33,888 bases of DNA from a virus (lineage: Duplodnaviria; Heunggongvirae; Uroviricota; Caudoviricetes). The position numbers and the translations under genes are program-made. The notes under the pieces are model-generated. The model had not been told where the DNA came from and ran no database searches. It worked only from the letters and a program-made list of their open reading frames with translations. The DNA lies in IMG/VR virus record IMGVR_UViG_2718218355_000003, positions 1 through 33,888 of that record; one strand, given 5' to 3'. Positions 1-8,944 of this stretch are shown in pieces; within the stretch, counting starts at the first letter, position 1; the number at the start of each line of letters is the position of its first letter.

Positions 1-141
1 TTACTGCTTACACTGTAAGAACGCCGCAAACTCCGCTCCCCAGAAGCTCATCCGTATTTCGCACAGCGAACCGTGCAGCATCCAGATGATGAGGATTGCC
101 GTCACGCAGAACGTGATGGCCGTAAGCGATTTTTGCGACAT
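1..141 (-). CDS. hok: Hok-family type I toxin (46-aa membrane peptide)
   Basis: Minus-strand ORF below the ORF-track size cutoff translates to MSQKSLTAITFCVTAILIIWMLHGSLCEIRMSFWGAEFAAFLQCKQ: N-terminal hydrophobic helix plus the SLCEIR...AAFL signature shared with Hok/Gef toxins. AAGGAG RBS about 8 nt upstream of the ATG. Window begins exactly at its stop codon. Confidence 0.6.
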   Translation of the reverse strand: MSQKSLTAITFCVTAILIIWMLHGSLCEIRMSFWGAEFAAFLQCKQ

Positions 142-331
142 AGCACTTGCTCCTTTTCCGGAGAGGCGCTAACCTTTCACTTGTCAAGGTAATGCGGTTA
201 GGGCCTCGGTTAAACAGAGATGTTTTCCGGGGCCTTTCCACATCTGGCCTTCGGGTATTCCCTCCGACCATCAGCCGAAAGGCACCCGCGCGTAATCTAT
301 CGCTTTTTTGTTGCTCCGGCAATTCTGCCTG
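142..331 (-). promoter_or_regulatory. putative hok mRNA leader (mok overlap and sok antisense target region)
   Basis: About 190 nt between the hok start and the ogr stop, with an overlapping out-of-frame reading frame (track ORF 8..322 minus) as expected for mok. By analogy with hok/sok loci an antisense sok RNA would be encoded on the plus strand here; its promoter was not identified with confidence. Confidence 0.3.
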
Positions 332-592
332 TTAATTCTGAGGTAAAGGTAAACTCATCTGATTGTTTCCCCTGTGTGAAGCTGGCAGCTCATGCCACGG
401 GATACCATCTGAAGAGTGAACGCCGGAGGCGTGTTTCGATGTGAATTTATGGAAAGCTTCCAGTGTTGAGAAGCATACGCCGCATTCTAGGTTGTTACAT
501 TGGTAATACTTTTGCCGGACGGTGTTTGAATCATTTTCCGGACGACTTGTGCGGATACGGGCAGATGCGCCACAAAGCGGACAACGGAACAT
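332..592 (-). CDS. ogr: Ogr/Delta-family zinc-finger late transcription activator
   Basis: MFRCPLCGASARIRTSR...YYQCNNLECGVCF matches the C2C2 zinc-finger N-terminus of P2 Ogr (MFHCPLC...YHQC.N..C); ATG start. At 86 aa it is longer than P2 Ogr (72 aa); the C-terminal ~30 aa is not Ogr-like and runs into the hok leader. Confidence 0.75.
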   Translation of the reverse strand: MFRCPLCGASARIRTSRPENDSNTVRQKYYQCNNLECGVCFSTLEAFHKFTSKHASGVHSSDGIPWHELPASHRGNNQMSLPLPQN

Positions 593-837
593 TGCTACCC
601 CTCCATTTAACGTGATGCTTCCGTTATTTTTAGTTGCACTATGCAGATTCTAGCTGACTGAATCTTTGATTAAAAGTTCTTCTATGCTCATAACTCGATC
701 TCGTAAGAATCTCAACTTGTATAAATTTATTAACATAAATATATACTAATAATTAAAATAGTTGCGTTTGCTGCCATAATATGCAGTTAGCCATTACAGA
801 AGATGAATATTTAACCATAGGTAAGATATAAACTGGA

Positions 838-900
838 TGGTATAAAATACCTAGGTGAGTAACTAATTATATTTAATTATTTTGGATATTAGTCACTCAC
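838..900 (-). terminator. hairpin terminator candidate downstream of the two-gene AT-rich cassette
   Basis: 14-bp inverted repeat GGTGAGTAACTAAT / ATTAGTCACTCACC (1 mismatch) around a 20-nt AT loop, directly after the stop of the 917..1321 gene; U-rich tract follows on the minus strand. Confidence 0.4.
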
Positions 901-916
901 CGTGGTATTAGGGAAA

Positions 917-1321
917 CTAAATACTCTCTTGGTTCTTTTTGATTGTTTTTAGAGTTTTCAGATAATGGTTTTTCCTGTCAAAACTTTGTTTTACTAATTC
1001 TTTATCGGTTGGTGATAAATTTTCTATGTCATCCAATGTAAACTCATCTTTTATTTTTTCTTGTAGCATTCTCTCAAGCTTTTTATATTTCCTGATGGCG
1101 ATTTTGTTGTAAAACCAATTAACCATAAGAGGAAGAAATAAAGATATAAATACAGTCGACTTACTATAGTTTTCTATTCCTATTATATCCTTCACCCGCT
1201 CAGAAAAAGGCAGGGTGAGTATAATGCTGGCAATAATTGAAGCCAGAAAACCGTATGCCAATCTACGGACATCGTGGTTAGCCTCCTGGATTGCGGGAAT
1301 TGTGTCATTAGTTTTTGACAT
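917..1321 (-). CDS. small inner-membrane protein, two predicted TM helices plus Lys/Glu-rich C-terminal tail (unknown function)
   Basis: 134-aa ORF, ATG start, strong RBS GGAGGAGAAGGGG. Hydrophobic segments LAYGFLASIIASIILTLPF and STVFISLFLPLMVNWFY, then a charged tail. AT-rich codon usage unlike the flanking phage genes. Overlaps the upstream gene by 14 nt. Confidence 0.6.
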   Translation of the reverse strand: MSKTNDTIPAIQEANHDVRRLAYGFLASIIASIILTLPFSERVKDIIGIENYSKSTVFISLFLPLMVNWFYNKIAIRKYKKLERMLQEKIKDEFTLDDIENLSPTDKELVKQSFDRKNHYLKTLKTIKKNQESI

Positions 1322-1868
1322 GCCCCTTCTCCTCCGCGTTTTGTTTATCTATCATCTTTATAGAACTTTCATCTATAAACATACTGGCTTCCAGGAGGGC
1401 AATTATCATGCTTCCCAAAATAGAGGACAGTCTAATTGATGCTTTTTTTGAATCATCATTTTTTCCATCGTATTTTGAATAACCAAAATAATCTTCGAAT
1501 AGAAGGCTTTCAATGTCATCAAAGAAGAAAAAGGATGTAGTTGTAACAATTATTGGTTTTTTGTCTATTATCTGAAACTTTACATTTGTTTTATTGAATT
1601 TAATTGATGTGTCATTAACTATCTTAACTAGCTCCATCATGTTATTTGCTACTGGGCGATTAACTATACTCATTGTGAGTGATGGAGAAAATCCTGAATC
1701 ATCAAAATTCAAATAATACTGAATTACAGGTGATTCATCTTTGTCTTCTTTATCTATGAAACTTTGTATTATTTTTTTATTTAAAGTCGAGCCATCACTT
1801 TCATTATATAATTCAATATTATCATCATGTCTAAGGGCTACACTATCGCGAATCAAATCAATTAACAT
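1308..1868 (-). CDS. acidic soluble hypothetical protein (186 aa), first gene of the AT-rich cassette
   Basis: Track ORF 1308..1874 begins with a TTG; first ATG is 2 codons in (MLIDLIRDS...), preceded by GAGG. AT-rich, Asp/Glu/Lys/Ile/Asn-rich; no motif I recognise. Co-oriented with and overlapping the membrane-protein gene. Confidence 0.55.
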   Translation of the reverse strand: MLIDLIRDSVALRHDDNIELYNESDGSTLNKKIIQSFIDKEDKDESPVIQYYLNFDDSGFSPSLTMSIVNRPVANNMMELVKIVNDTSIKFNKTNVKFQIIDKKPIIVTTTSFFFFDDIESLLFEDYFGYSKYDGKNDDSKKASIRLSSILGSMIIALLEASMFIDESSIKMIDKQNAEEKGHVKN

Positions 1869-1895
1869 TATCAAAAGACCTCAATTGTTATTTCA

Positions 1896-1935
1896 TGCGT
1901 AATTATACTAAAAGTATCTTAAAAACAGCAACATT
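1896..1935 (-). promoter_or_regulatory. candidate sigma70-type promoter of the AT-rich cassette
   Basis: On the minus strand TTGCTG-N18-TATAAT lies about 30-60 nt upstream of the 1868 start codon. Read by eye. Confidence 0.3.
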
Positions 1936-2092
1936 TTACATTGGTGATACCTATATGTTGATTGTCCCTCTGAAGAGGGGGGAGCTGCTTTTACAATAAT
2001 GAATGTAGGGCATTCTGGTGCAGAGCGGTCAGTCTGATAGGGTTGTGTCATAATCGTGTCAGTGCATGCCTGAACTAATACATCTAAGTTGC

Positions 2093-3193
2093 TCACTCTG
2101 TTTCTGCTATCCATTCCGGGATTTTTGCTTCAAGCTCAAGCTGTGTGGTAAAGCCACTGTTATCAATAGAATGCTCAACTTTTGCAATAATCCAGTCCTG
2201 ATTGTCGATGTCGCTTTTAAAGCCTGCCACCGTGCCATGCATTTCGGGGTAGAGTTCAGCGCGACCACGTGCCAGCGTGATGGAGAATGATGCGGCTCCG
2301 CGTTGTAGCTGTTGCCACTTTGCCGCCGCTGCGCGTCTTGCTGCCTGCTCGTTCTGATAAGTCTTGCGTAACACAAACACGTTGCCTTCCGCGCCTTCCA
2401 TATAGTCGCCTTCCCGGCTGCTGCTTTTCTCCTTTTTCGGTTTGCGGCGTTTCACGCTGACTTTTTTCTTTTTCCCGTAATTAAGATCAAGCCAGTAGGC
2501 GCGTACACCCGTATACGCCTCGCGGTCAGCAATGCGAAACTGATGGCGATCGCCGCTGCTGCGTGTGATGGCAAACGATGGCAATGGTTTTCCCTGCGCG
2601 TTCACGCCACCGCCTGGCATGATGAATAACAGATTACCGCTTTTTACCGTGGTGATTGCGCCCAGCATTTCCGCCATGCGCGTAAGAAAGGACATGTCGC
2701 TTTCTTCGGTCTGGTCGGCGTGGTCGATTTCGATATCCATCAGCATTTCGCTGATTTGCGGTTTCAGACCGTACCGATGAGCGATGGCGGATACCACACG
2801 CTCAACGGTCACATCATGCCAGGACACCTCACGTTTAACGTTAAATTCATCCCGAAAATCTGCGCTTCTGGCTGAAACAGTCAGCCTGTCCGGCGGTCCT
2901 TCGTGAGCGATTTCATCAACAATGTAAGTGCCTTTTTCTGTCAGCGGTTCTCCTTTCCAGCCAATGAGAACCGTCAGGCGCGCGCCCCGTGGCGGTAGCT
3001 GCAACTGACCATCCGCATCATCCAGCGTGATGGTGAGCTGGTCCGCCTCAAATCCCCGGTTGTCGGTCAGTGACAGGCTCATCAGGCGCTCTGCCACGCC
3101 TGACAGCGTTTTACCCTCCGCGAGAATATCAAAATCCGGCATTTTCACGGGGTCTGTGCCCTGACTGAGCAATTGCATGGTGGTGTCGGTCAT
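2093..3193 (-). CDS. D: tail protein D (late control gene D family)
   Basis: 366-aa ORF with P2 gpD-like size and composition. Start set at the ATG (MTDTTMQLL...) preceded by GGGAGGG; the track ORF extends upstream to 3325 without an RBS. Confidence 0.8.
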   Translation of the reverse strand: MTDTTMQLLSQGTDPVKMPDFDILAEGKTLSGVAERLMSLSLTDNRGFEADQLTITLDDADGQLQLPPRGARLTVLIGWKGEPLTEKGTYIVDEIAHEGPPDRLTVSARSADFRDEFNVKREVSWHDVTVERVVSAIAHRYGLKPQISEMLMDIEIDHADQTEESDMSFLTRMAEMLGAITTVKSGNLLFIMPGGGVNAQGKPLPSFAITRSSGDRHQFRIADREAYTGVRAYWLDLNYGKKKKVSVKRRKPKKEKSSSREGDYMEGAEGNVFVLRKTYQNEQAARRAAAAKWQQLQRGAASFSITLARGRAELYPEMHGTVAGFKSDIDNQDWIIAKVEHSIDNSGFTTQLELEAKIPEWIAETE

Positions 3194-3350
3194 CTGTTCC
3201 CTCCCTGTGCGGCATGGTCGCATGTGCGTGCGGAGGGGGTTACTGCTTTTTGTTGTCGCCGGGTCGGGAGAACGGCGCAGGGGTGAGATTACGCGCGTGG
3301 TGGGTGATGATTGTTGCCGAATCATTTAACGGATACAAGGGGCTGAAGCT
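3194..3350. promoter_or_regulatory. divergent intergenic region between D (minus) and FI (plus); presumed late promoters
   Basis: 157-bp gap between divergent starts. No canonical TGT-N12-ACA Ogr site could be confirmed by eye. Confidence 0.3.
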
Positions 3351-4535
3351 ATGAGTGAAACTCGTTTTCATGGTGCCCGTGTTACGGAAAATACCGACCT
3401 GGTAACAGCGATTAACGATGTTGATTCCAGCGTTATCGGTATCGTGGCAACGGCGGATGATGCGGACGCGAAGCTGTTCCCGCTGAACAAGCCCACACTG
3501 CTGACCCGCGTCAATGACGTGCTGGGAAAATGCGGGACAACGGGGACGCTTTATCGTGCACTTAAGGCCATCGCAGACCAGGTGAGCACAAAGGTGATCG
3601 TCGTTCGCGTGGCTGAACACAAAGAAGAAGACGGAAAGACGCAGGATCAACTGGTTATCGGTGGTTCTGAGGATGACGGCAGCTATACGGGGATGTATGC
3701 GCTGCTTGTTGCAGAGCAGGATGAAAGCATCGGATACCGTCCGCGTATTCTGGCCGCGCCGGAGCTGGACACGGAGGCTGTAACAAAATCCCTGTGCGTG
3801 ATTGCAGGTAAACTGCGCGCGTTTGTGTATGCCTCATGTTACGGCTGTAACACGATGGCTGAGGCGATTACCTACCGCCAGAAATTCAACGAACGTGAGG
3901 TGATGCTCTTATGGCCGGACTTCATCGCCTACAACCCGAAAAGTGGCAAAAACGAAACGTTCCCCGCGCCTGCCTATGCGTGCGGCCTTCGTGCGTACAT
4001 TGACCATGAGCAGGGCTGGCACAAATCATTGTCCAACGTTCCGGTTAAAAATGTGCTGGGGATGTCGAGGCATGTGTTCTGGTCGTTGCAGGCCGAAGAC
4101 AGCGATGCCAACAGCCTCAACAACAAAGAAATCACGACCATTATTCGTCGCAACGGGTTCCGCTTCTGGGGCAACCGCACACCGGAAACGAACGCCTACA
4201 TCTTTGAGGTGTATACCCGAACCGCACAGGTGCTGGCTGATTCAATTGCGGAAGCGCAGTTTGAAACCATCGACAGTCCACTGACGCCTGCGAATGTGAA
4301 GGATGTTATCAGTGCCATCAGGGCAAAACTGGATTCGCTGGTTACTGCCGGGAAACTGATTGGTGCGGAGTGCTGGTATGACGTGGTGGATAACGGCACC
4401 ACGAATTTACGTCAGGGGCGTGTGCGTATTCGCTACAAATATACGCCCGTTCCGCCACTGGAAGACATGGAGCTTTACCAGACGTTTACTGATGAATTCT
4501 TTGGTCCCGCATTTGCGGTGCTGGGAGGTGCCTGA
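3351..4535 (+). CDS. FI: contractile tail sheath protein FI
   Basis: 394 aa; contains GFRFWGNRT and the YTPVPPLE C-terminal motif matching P2 gpFI; ATG start. Confidence 0.9.
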   Translation: MSETRFHGARVTENTDLVTAINDVDSSVIGIVATADDADAKLFPLNKPTLLTRVNDVLGKCGTTGTLYRALKAIADQVSTKVIVVRVAEHKEEDGKTQDQLVIGGSEDDGSYTGMYALLVAEQDESIGYRPRILAAPELDTEAVTKSLCVIAGKLRAFVYASCYGCNTMAEAITYRQKFNEREVMLLWPDFIAYNPKSGKNETFPAPAYACGLRAYIDHEQGWHKSLSNVPVKNVLGMSRHVFWSLQAEDSDANSLNNKEITTIIRRNGFRFWGNRTPETNAYIFEVYTRTAQVLADSIAEAQFETIDSPLTPANVKDVISAIRAKLDSLVTAGKLIGAECWYDVVDNGTTNLRQGRVRIRYKYTPVPPLEDMELYQTFTDEFFGPAFAVLGGA

Positions 4536-5047
4536 TGGCTGTACCAAAACATCTTCGCTTTTTTACGTTGTTTGTGGATGGTGAAAACGAAGTGGGCAAA
4601 GTGACATCCGTCACGCCGCCCAAACTGACGCGCAAAACCGACAGCTATCGTGGTGGTGGCATGATGGGGGCGGTAAGTATTGATCTCGGTCTGGACGACT
4701 CCGCGCTTGATGCGAGTTTTGTCATGGGGGGAGCTGTTCGTGCGCTGTTCCTTAAATATGGCGGCACGATTGACGGCACGCTGCTGCGTTTTGCGGGTGA
4801 ATACTACACCGATGCAGAAAGCGATCTGTATGAAATCGAGATGCGCGGGCGTGTGACGGAAATTGATATGGGGGAAGCCAAACAGGGCGAAGCCACATCA
4901 CACACTTACGCTGTCAAAAACACCTACTACAAGCTGAGCGTTAACGATCGCCCGCTGTGGGAAATCGACCTGTTGAACCACATCTACCGGAAGGACGGCA
5001 AGGACATTGTGCCTGACCGTATCCGTTCCGCGCTTGGGCTTGGCTGA
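4535..5047 (+). CDS. FII: tail tube protein FII
   Basis: 170 aa, start ATG overlaps the FI stop (TGATG); size and position match P2 gpFII. Confidence 0.88.
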   Translation: MAVPKHLRFFTLFVDGENEVGKVTSVTPPKLTRKTDSYRGGGMMGAVSIDLGLDDSALDASFVMGGAVRALFLKYGGTIDGTLLRFAGEYYTDAESDLYEIEMRGRVTEIDMGEAKQGEATSHTYAVKNTYYKLSVNDRPLWEIDLLNHIYRKDGKDIVPDRIRSALGLG

Positions 5048-5102
5048 TAAGTAATATGCAGGCGGCGCAGTGCGTCGCCTCTGACTGAAAAGGAGACAAC
5101 TG

Positions 5103-5477
5103 ATGAAAGACATCGATACTGAAACCCGGAATAACACCGTGGCGGATGATGTGACGGCAGGTGAGGATATGGCTGTCGAACGTGGCGTAAAACTGACCCG
5201 ACCAATTGAGCGTGGTGGCGAAAAAATCACGTATGTGGAGATCACCGGGGCTATTGAGCAGGCTGGATCCCTGCGTGGTCTGTCGCTGTCTGATGTGCTG
5301 AATCTGAAAGCGGATACCATGTTTACGCTGTTGCCTCGCGTGACCTCGCCACGACTGGATGAAGTGATGATTAAAAAAATGTCGTCACGCGATTTTATTC
5401 AGTTGTGCGCTGTGGCTGTAAATTTTATGAGCGAGCCAGACTCTGGCGCGAAGAGCGTGCAGGAGACGGCAGCGTAA
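5103..5477 (+). CDS. E: tail assembly chaperone E
   Basis: 124-aa ORF with AAGGAG RBS, located between tube and tape-measure genes as in P2. Confidence 0.7.
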   Translation: MKDIDTETRNNTVADDVTAGEDMAVERGVKLTRPIERGGEKITYVEITGAIEQAGSLRGLSLSDVLNLKADTMFTLLPRVTSPRLDEVMIKKMSSRDFIQLCAVAVNFMSEPDSGAKSVQETAA

Positions 5478-5641
5478 TCACCCTGGTGTGCTTTGAGCAC
5501 ATCGAAGATCTGGTGGCGGATATTGCCGCCATTTTTAACTGGTCGCCCGCCGAAATCTTCATGATGACGCCCGGCGAAGTGGTTAGCTGGCGTGAGCGGG
5601 CGGCACTTCGTAGCGGGAATGCAGACAATGAAGACTCTTGA
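5103..5641 (+). CDS. tail assembly chaperone E+E' (predicted -1 programmed frameshift product)
   Basis: The -1 frame is open from about 5375 to 5641 and overlaps the 3' end of E; an A7 tract at about 5373-5379 lies where both frames are open. Mirrors the P2 E/E' and lambda G/GT arrangement. Confidence 0.5.
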
Positions 5642-8435
5642 TATCCGGGTCGCTTTCAGCGCCGTTGACAGGCTGACCCGGCCTGCCGAAAACGCCCGCC
5701 GCCTGATGGGGCAGTTTGGTGACTCCATCCAGCGAACGCAGGGGGCGATCAAAAATCTCGAGCGTCAGGCGCGATCATTTGAGCGCGCCCGTGACGCTGT
5801 CAGTAAAGCGGATGCGGGCATCGTGAAAGCACGACGCCAGCTTAACGCCCTTAATCAGTTACAACGCACGGGTACAGTGCTCAGCGAAAAACAACAAAAG
5901 CTGATGCAGCAGTTAAGCACCCGGCTTGAACGCCTGAATGAATCGCGCACACGGGAAATTCAGAAAATGCGGGAGCTTGGCGGAGAGCTGAAACGCCACG
6001 GCATTTCCCTGACAGGCAGCGATAACACCATCCAGCAGGCCATCAGACGCACCGAACAGTACAACAACCAGCTTGAACGCGAACGGCAGGCGCTTGCGCG
6101 TGTAACACGAGCGCGTGAGCGGTATTCGCGCGCGCAGGAAACAGCGGGAAAACTGAAAACAGGTGGTGCGCTGGCAATTGGTGCGGCAGCGGCGGGCGGC
6201 TATGCTGCCGGGCGTTTTTTGCAGCCTGCGATCGGGTTCGGCAAAGAGATGTCCCGCGTTCAGGCACTGACGCGAATCGACCAGAACAGCCCGCAGTTTA
6301 AGGCGCTGCGTGAGCAGGCGTTAAAACTTGGCTCTGAAACGCAGTTCACCGCAGGCGATGCCGCCAGTGGACAGGCATTTCTTGCAATGGCTGGCTTTAC
6401 ACCACAGGCCATTCAGGCTGCGCTCCCTGGCGTACTGAGCATGGCAACGGCTGGCGGTATGGACCTCGGTGAGACGGCGGATATTGGCTCAAATATTCTG
6501 ACGCAGTTCGGTCTTTCTGCTGACCAGATGGACCGGGTCGGCGACACACTCACCGCAGCGTTTACCCGTACCAACACTGACCTTCGCGCACTGGGTGAAA
6601 CCATGAAATATGCAGGTCCGGTGGCGGGTAAGCTGGGAATATCGCTGGAGCAGGCCGCAGCGATGGCGGGCGTACTGGCGAATATGGGTATCAGGGGGAG
6701 TGATGCTGGTACGGCAATGCGTGCCAGCCTGGCTCGTCTGGCATCACCGCCAAAGGCGGCAGCAGAGGCGCTGAAAGAGCTTGGCGTGTCTGTCTCGGAT
6801 GCCGGGGGCAAAATGCGCCCGATGGAGGATGTGCTGGCTGACCTTTATAAAGCTACCCGCAAATACGGGGAAGTTGACCGGGTATCGTTCTTTAAGGACA
6901 TTGCCGGAGAAGAGGCTTTCACATCATTTATGGCCCTCGTTGATGCGGCAGGTGACGGCTCCTTACCCAAACTGAGAAAAGAACTTGAAGGCGCGCGCGG
7001 TGAGGCTGAACGCACGGCAAAGGTTATGGCCAACAACCTTGACGGCGATCTGAAATCACTCAGCAGTGCATGGGAAGGGTTGCGCATCCGCATTGCAGAT
7101 CTGATTGACGGTCCGCTGCGTTCTGTCACGCAGTGGCTCACGCGTGTGGTATCAAAGGTGACGGCGCTGGCGCAGGCCCATCCCGCACTGACGCGCCAGC
7201 TACTGATTGCAGGCGGTGCACTGCTGGCAATGACTGCAACGGTTGGCTCGTTGTCGCTGGCTATTGGTGTGCTTGCTGGCCCGCTGGCAAAACTGCGTCT
7301 TGGTTTTTCCCTCCTGACCGGATCAATGAATGCTGTCAGGGTTCTGCCAGCACTATGGGGAATGGTGACGGGTTCCGTTTCTTTACTGGGAGGCGCTATC
7401 GGGGCGTTGTTCAGTCCGGTTGGTCTTATCGTGGCTGCGCTTGCCGGAGCTGCCGTTCTTATCTGGAAATACTGGGATCCCATCAGGGCATTTTTTGCCG
7501 GGGTGTTCAGCGGGATTATGGAAAGGCTGACCCCGTTGCGCGAAACCTTTGAACGGTTTGGTCCTGTTTTTGACGCAATCGGGAGTGGGATCAGCCAGGT
7601 GTTTAACTGGTTTAAATCGCTGCTGTCACCGATGGAGTCCAGCAAGGAAACTCTGGATAAATGTACCAGTGCTGGCGAGATATTCGGTAACGTTCTTGGC
7701 GGTGCGTTACAACTTGTTCTGACACCTGCAAAAATGTTGCTGGATACGCTGGCGTGGATACTTGAAAAGCTTGGTGTGCTTCCGGATGAAGCGGAAAGGG
7801 CGCGCAAGAAAATCGAAGACGCACAGCGTGCGGCCATTCTTCAGGACAAGGTTGCCTTGCTTCAGGGGGACCTGGCGAAAATCAATCCGCCGAAGCCTGT
7901 GGAAAATGGCAATGGCTCCGGAGGTGATAACCCCAAAGACAATAAACCGCTCACAGACAGCAATACCGGTACGCTGCGCAGACTCAGCAAAATTGCTGAT
8001 AACACAGGTAAGCTGGTTGAGGAGACGAAAAAACGCATTGGCCCCGGCGATATTGTCTTTAAAAACCTGCCCCGAGCACTTGCTGTTCGTGGGGAGTGGC
8101 AGGAGCGGAAGATTGCGCAGGTCAGTAAGCCTGCCCCCGCAATTAATATCACACCCGTGGTCCCGGCTCCGCTGCCTCCGGCGCTGGTCCCTGTTGTTGC
8201 GGCCAGCTCCCGCCCGGTGGCGGAGGCTATACGATCTCCAGTGGCATCAGTTCCTGTAACTTCCCGTAACCGGGAGCCTGTTGCCTCCGGATTTGGTGGT
8301 GAAATTCATGTTCATCTGCATAACGTTGTTACGCAGAATCCCCGCGAACTGGCGAAACTGGTCGGTGAAATGGTCAGGGCAGAAATGGAACGGCGCGCCC
8401 GTGCCGGGCGTGGCAGTTTTTACGATAAAGATTGA
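5619..8435 (+). CDS. T: tail tape measure protein T
   Basis: ~940-aa ORF with a long Ala/Gly-rich hydrophobic central region, after the E/E' chaperone pair. Track ORF begins at a GTG at 5592; first ATGs at 5619 and 5628, so the start is uncertain. Confidence 0.85.
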   Translation: MQTMKTLDIRVAFSAVDRLTRPAENARRLMGQFGDSIQRTQGAIKNLERQARSFERARDAVSKADAGIVKARRQLNALNQLQRTGTVLSEKQQKLMQQLSTRLERLNESRTREIQKMRELGGELKRHGISLTGSDNTIQQAIRRTEQYNNQLERERQALARVTRARERYSRAQETAGKLKTGGALAIGAAAAGGYAAGRFLQPAIGFGKEMSRVQALTRIDQNSPQFKALREQALKLGSETQFTAGDAASGQAFLAMAGFTPQAIQAALPGVLSMATAGGMDLGETADIGSNILTQFGLSADQMDRVGDTLTAAFTRTNTDLRALGETMKYAGPVAGKLGISLEQAAAMAGVLANMGIRGSDAGTAMRASLARLASPPKAAAEALKELGVSVSDAGGKMRPMEDVLADLYKATRKYGEVDRVSFFKDIAGEEAFTSFMALVDAAGDGSLPKLRKELEGARGEAERTAKVMANNLDGDLKSLSSAWEGLRIRIADLIDGPLRSVTQWLTRVVSKVTALAQAHPALTRQLLIAGGALLAMTATVGSLSLAIGVLAGPLAKLRLGFSLLTGSMNAVRVLPALWGMVTGSVSLLGGAIGALFSPVGLIVAALAGAAVLIWKYWDPIRAFFAGVFSGIMERLTPLRETFERFGPVFDAIGSGISQVFNWFKSLLSPMESSKETLDKCTSAGEIFGNVLGGALQLVLTPAKMLLDTLAWILEKLGVLPDEAERARKKIEDAQRAAILQDKVALLQGDLAKINPPKPVENGNGSGGDNPKDNKPLTDSNTGTLRRLSKIADNTGKLVEETKKRIGPGDIVFKNLPRALAVRGEWQERKIAQVSKPAPAINITPVVPAPLPPALVPVVAASSRPVAEAIRSPVASVPVTSRNREPVASGFGGEIHVHLHNVVTQNPRELAKLVGEMVRAEMERRARAGRGSFYDKD

Positions 8436-8447
8436 GGAGTCATGGCC

Positions 8448-8936
8448 ATGATGATGATCTACGGCATGTTTGTTTTTGAGCTGCGCACGCTGCCGCATCA
8501 GCAGTTACAGCAAAACAAAAGCTGGCGGCATGTGAAAAATGAACGCGTTAACCGTTCAGCAAGCTGGCAGTATATCGGTGCAGGTGATGATCGCATCGTT
8601 CTTTCTGGTGTGCTTTATCCTGAAATTACAGGTGGCGAAGTGTCGCTGTCGCTGCTGACCACGCAGGCGTATACAGGACGACCCTGGCCTTTGATTGATG
8701 GCGTCGGGCAGATTTACGGCATGTATGTCCTGACTGAAACGAATACGACCCGCTCCGAGTTTGATCGCTACGGTAAGGCGAAAAAGATAGAATTTTCACT
8801 GACTCTTGAACGCTGTGATGAGGATTTGCGGGAGCGCCTGCAATCCTCATCGTTCAGTGATATGCTGTCCGGCTTCAAAGATAAGGTGACATCATCTCTT
8901 AACAGCGCGGCCAGTTCAGTTAAAGGGCTGTTCTGA
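8448..8936 (+). CDS. U: tail protein U
   Basis: MMMIYGMFVFELRTLPHQQLQ...SWRH resembles P2 gpU (MMMVLGLFVF...). GAGGAG RBS; start taken at the second ATG. Confidence 0.85.
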   Translation: MMMIYGMFVFELRTLPHQQLQQNKSWRHVKNERVNRSASWQYIGAGDDRIVLSGVLYPEITGGEVSLSLLTTQAYTGRPWPLIDGVGQIYGMYVLTETNTTRSEFDRYGKAKKIEFSLTLERCDEDLRERLQSSSFSDMLSGFKDKVTSSLNSAASSVKGLF

Positions 8937-8944
8937 TTTAACAC

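Noticed and set aside
147-444. Plus-strand ORFs (147..335, 220..444) and a possible tRNA/tmRNA-like attachment target at the left edge
   Set aside because: No cloverleaf or acceptor-stem structure found by eye; the region is better explained as the hok leader and ogr 3' end.
1908-2114. 68-aa minus-strand ORF between D and the AT-rich cassette
   Set aside because: Overlaps the D stop and the predicted cassette promoter; no RBS; likely non-coding.
3194-3325. Upstream extension of the D ORF (track start 3325)
   Set aside because: No RBS; the internal ATG at 3193 has a strong GGGAGGG RBS.
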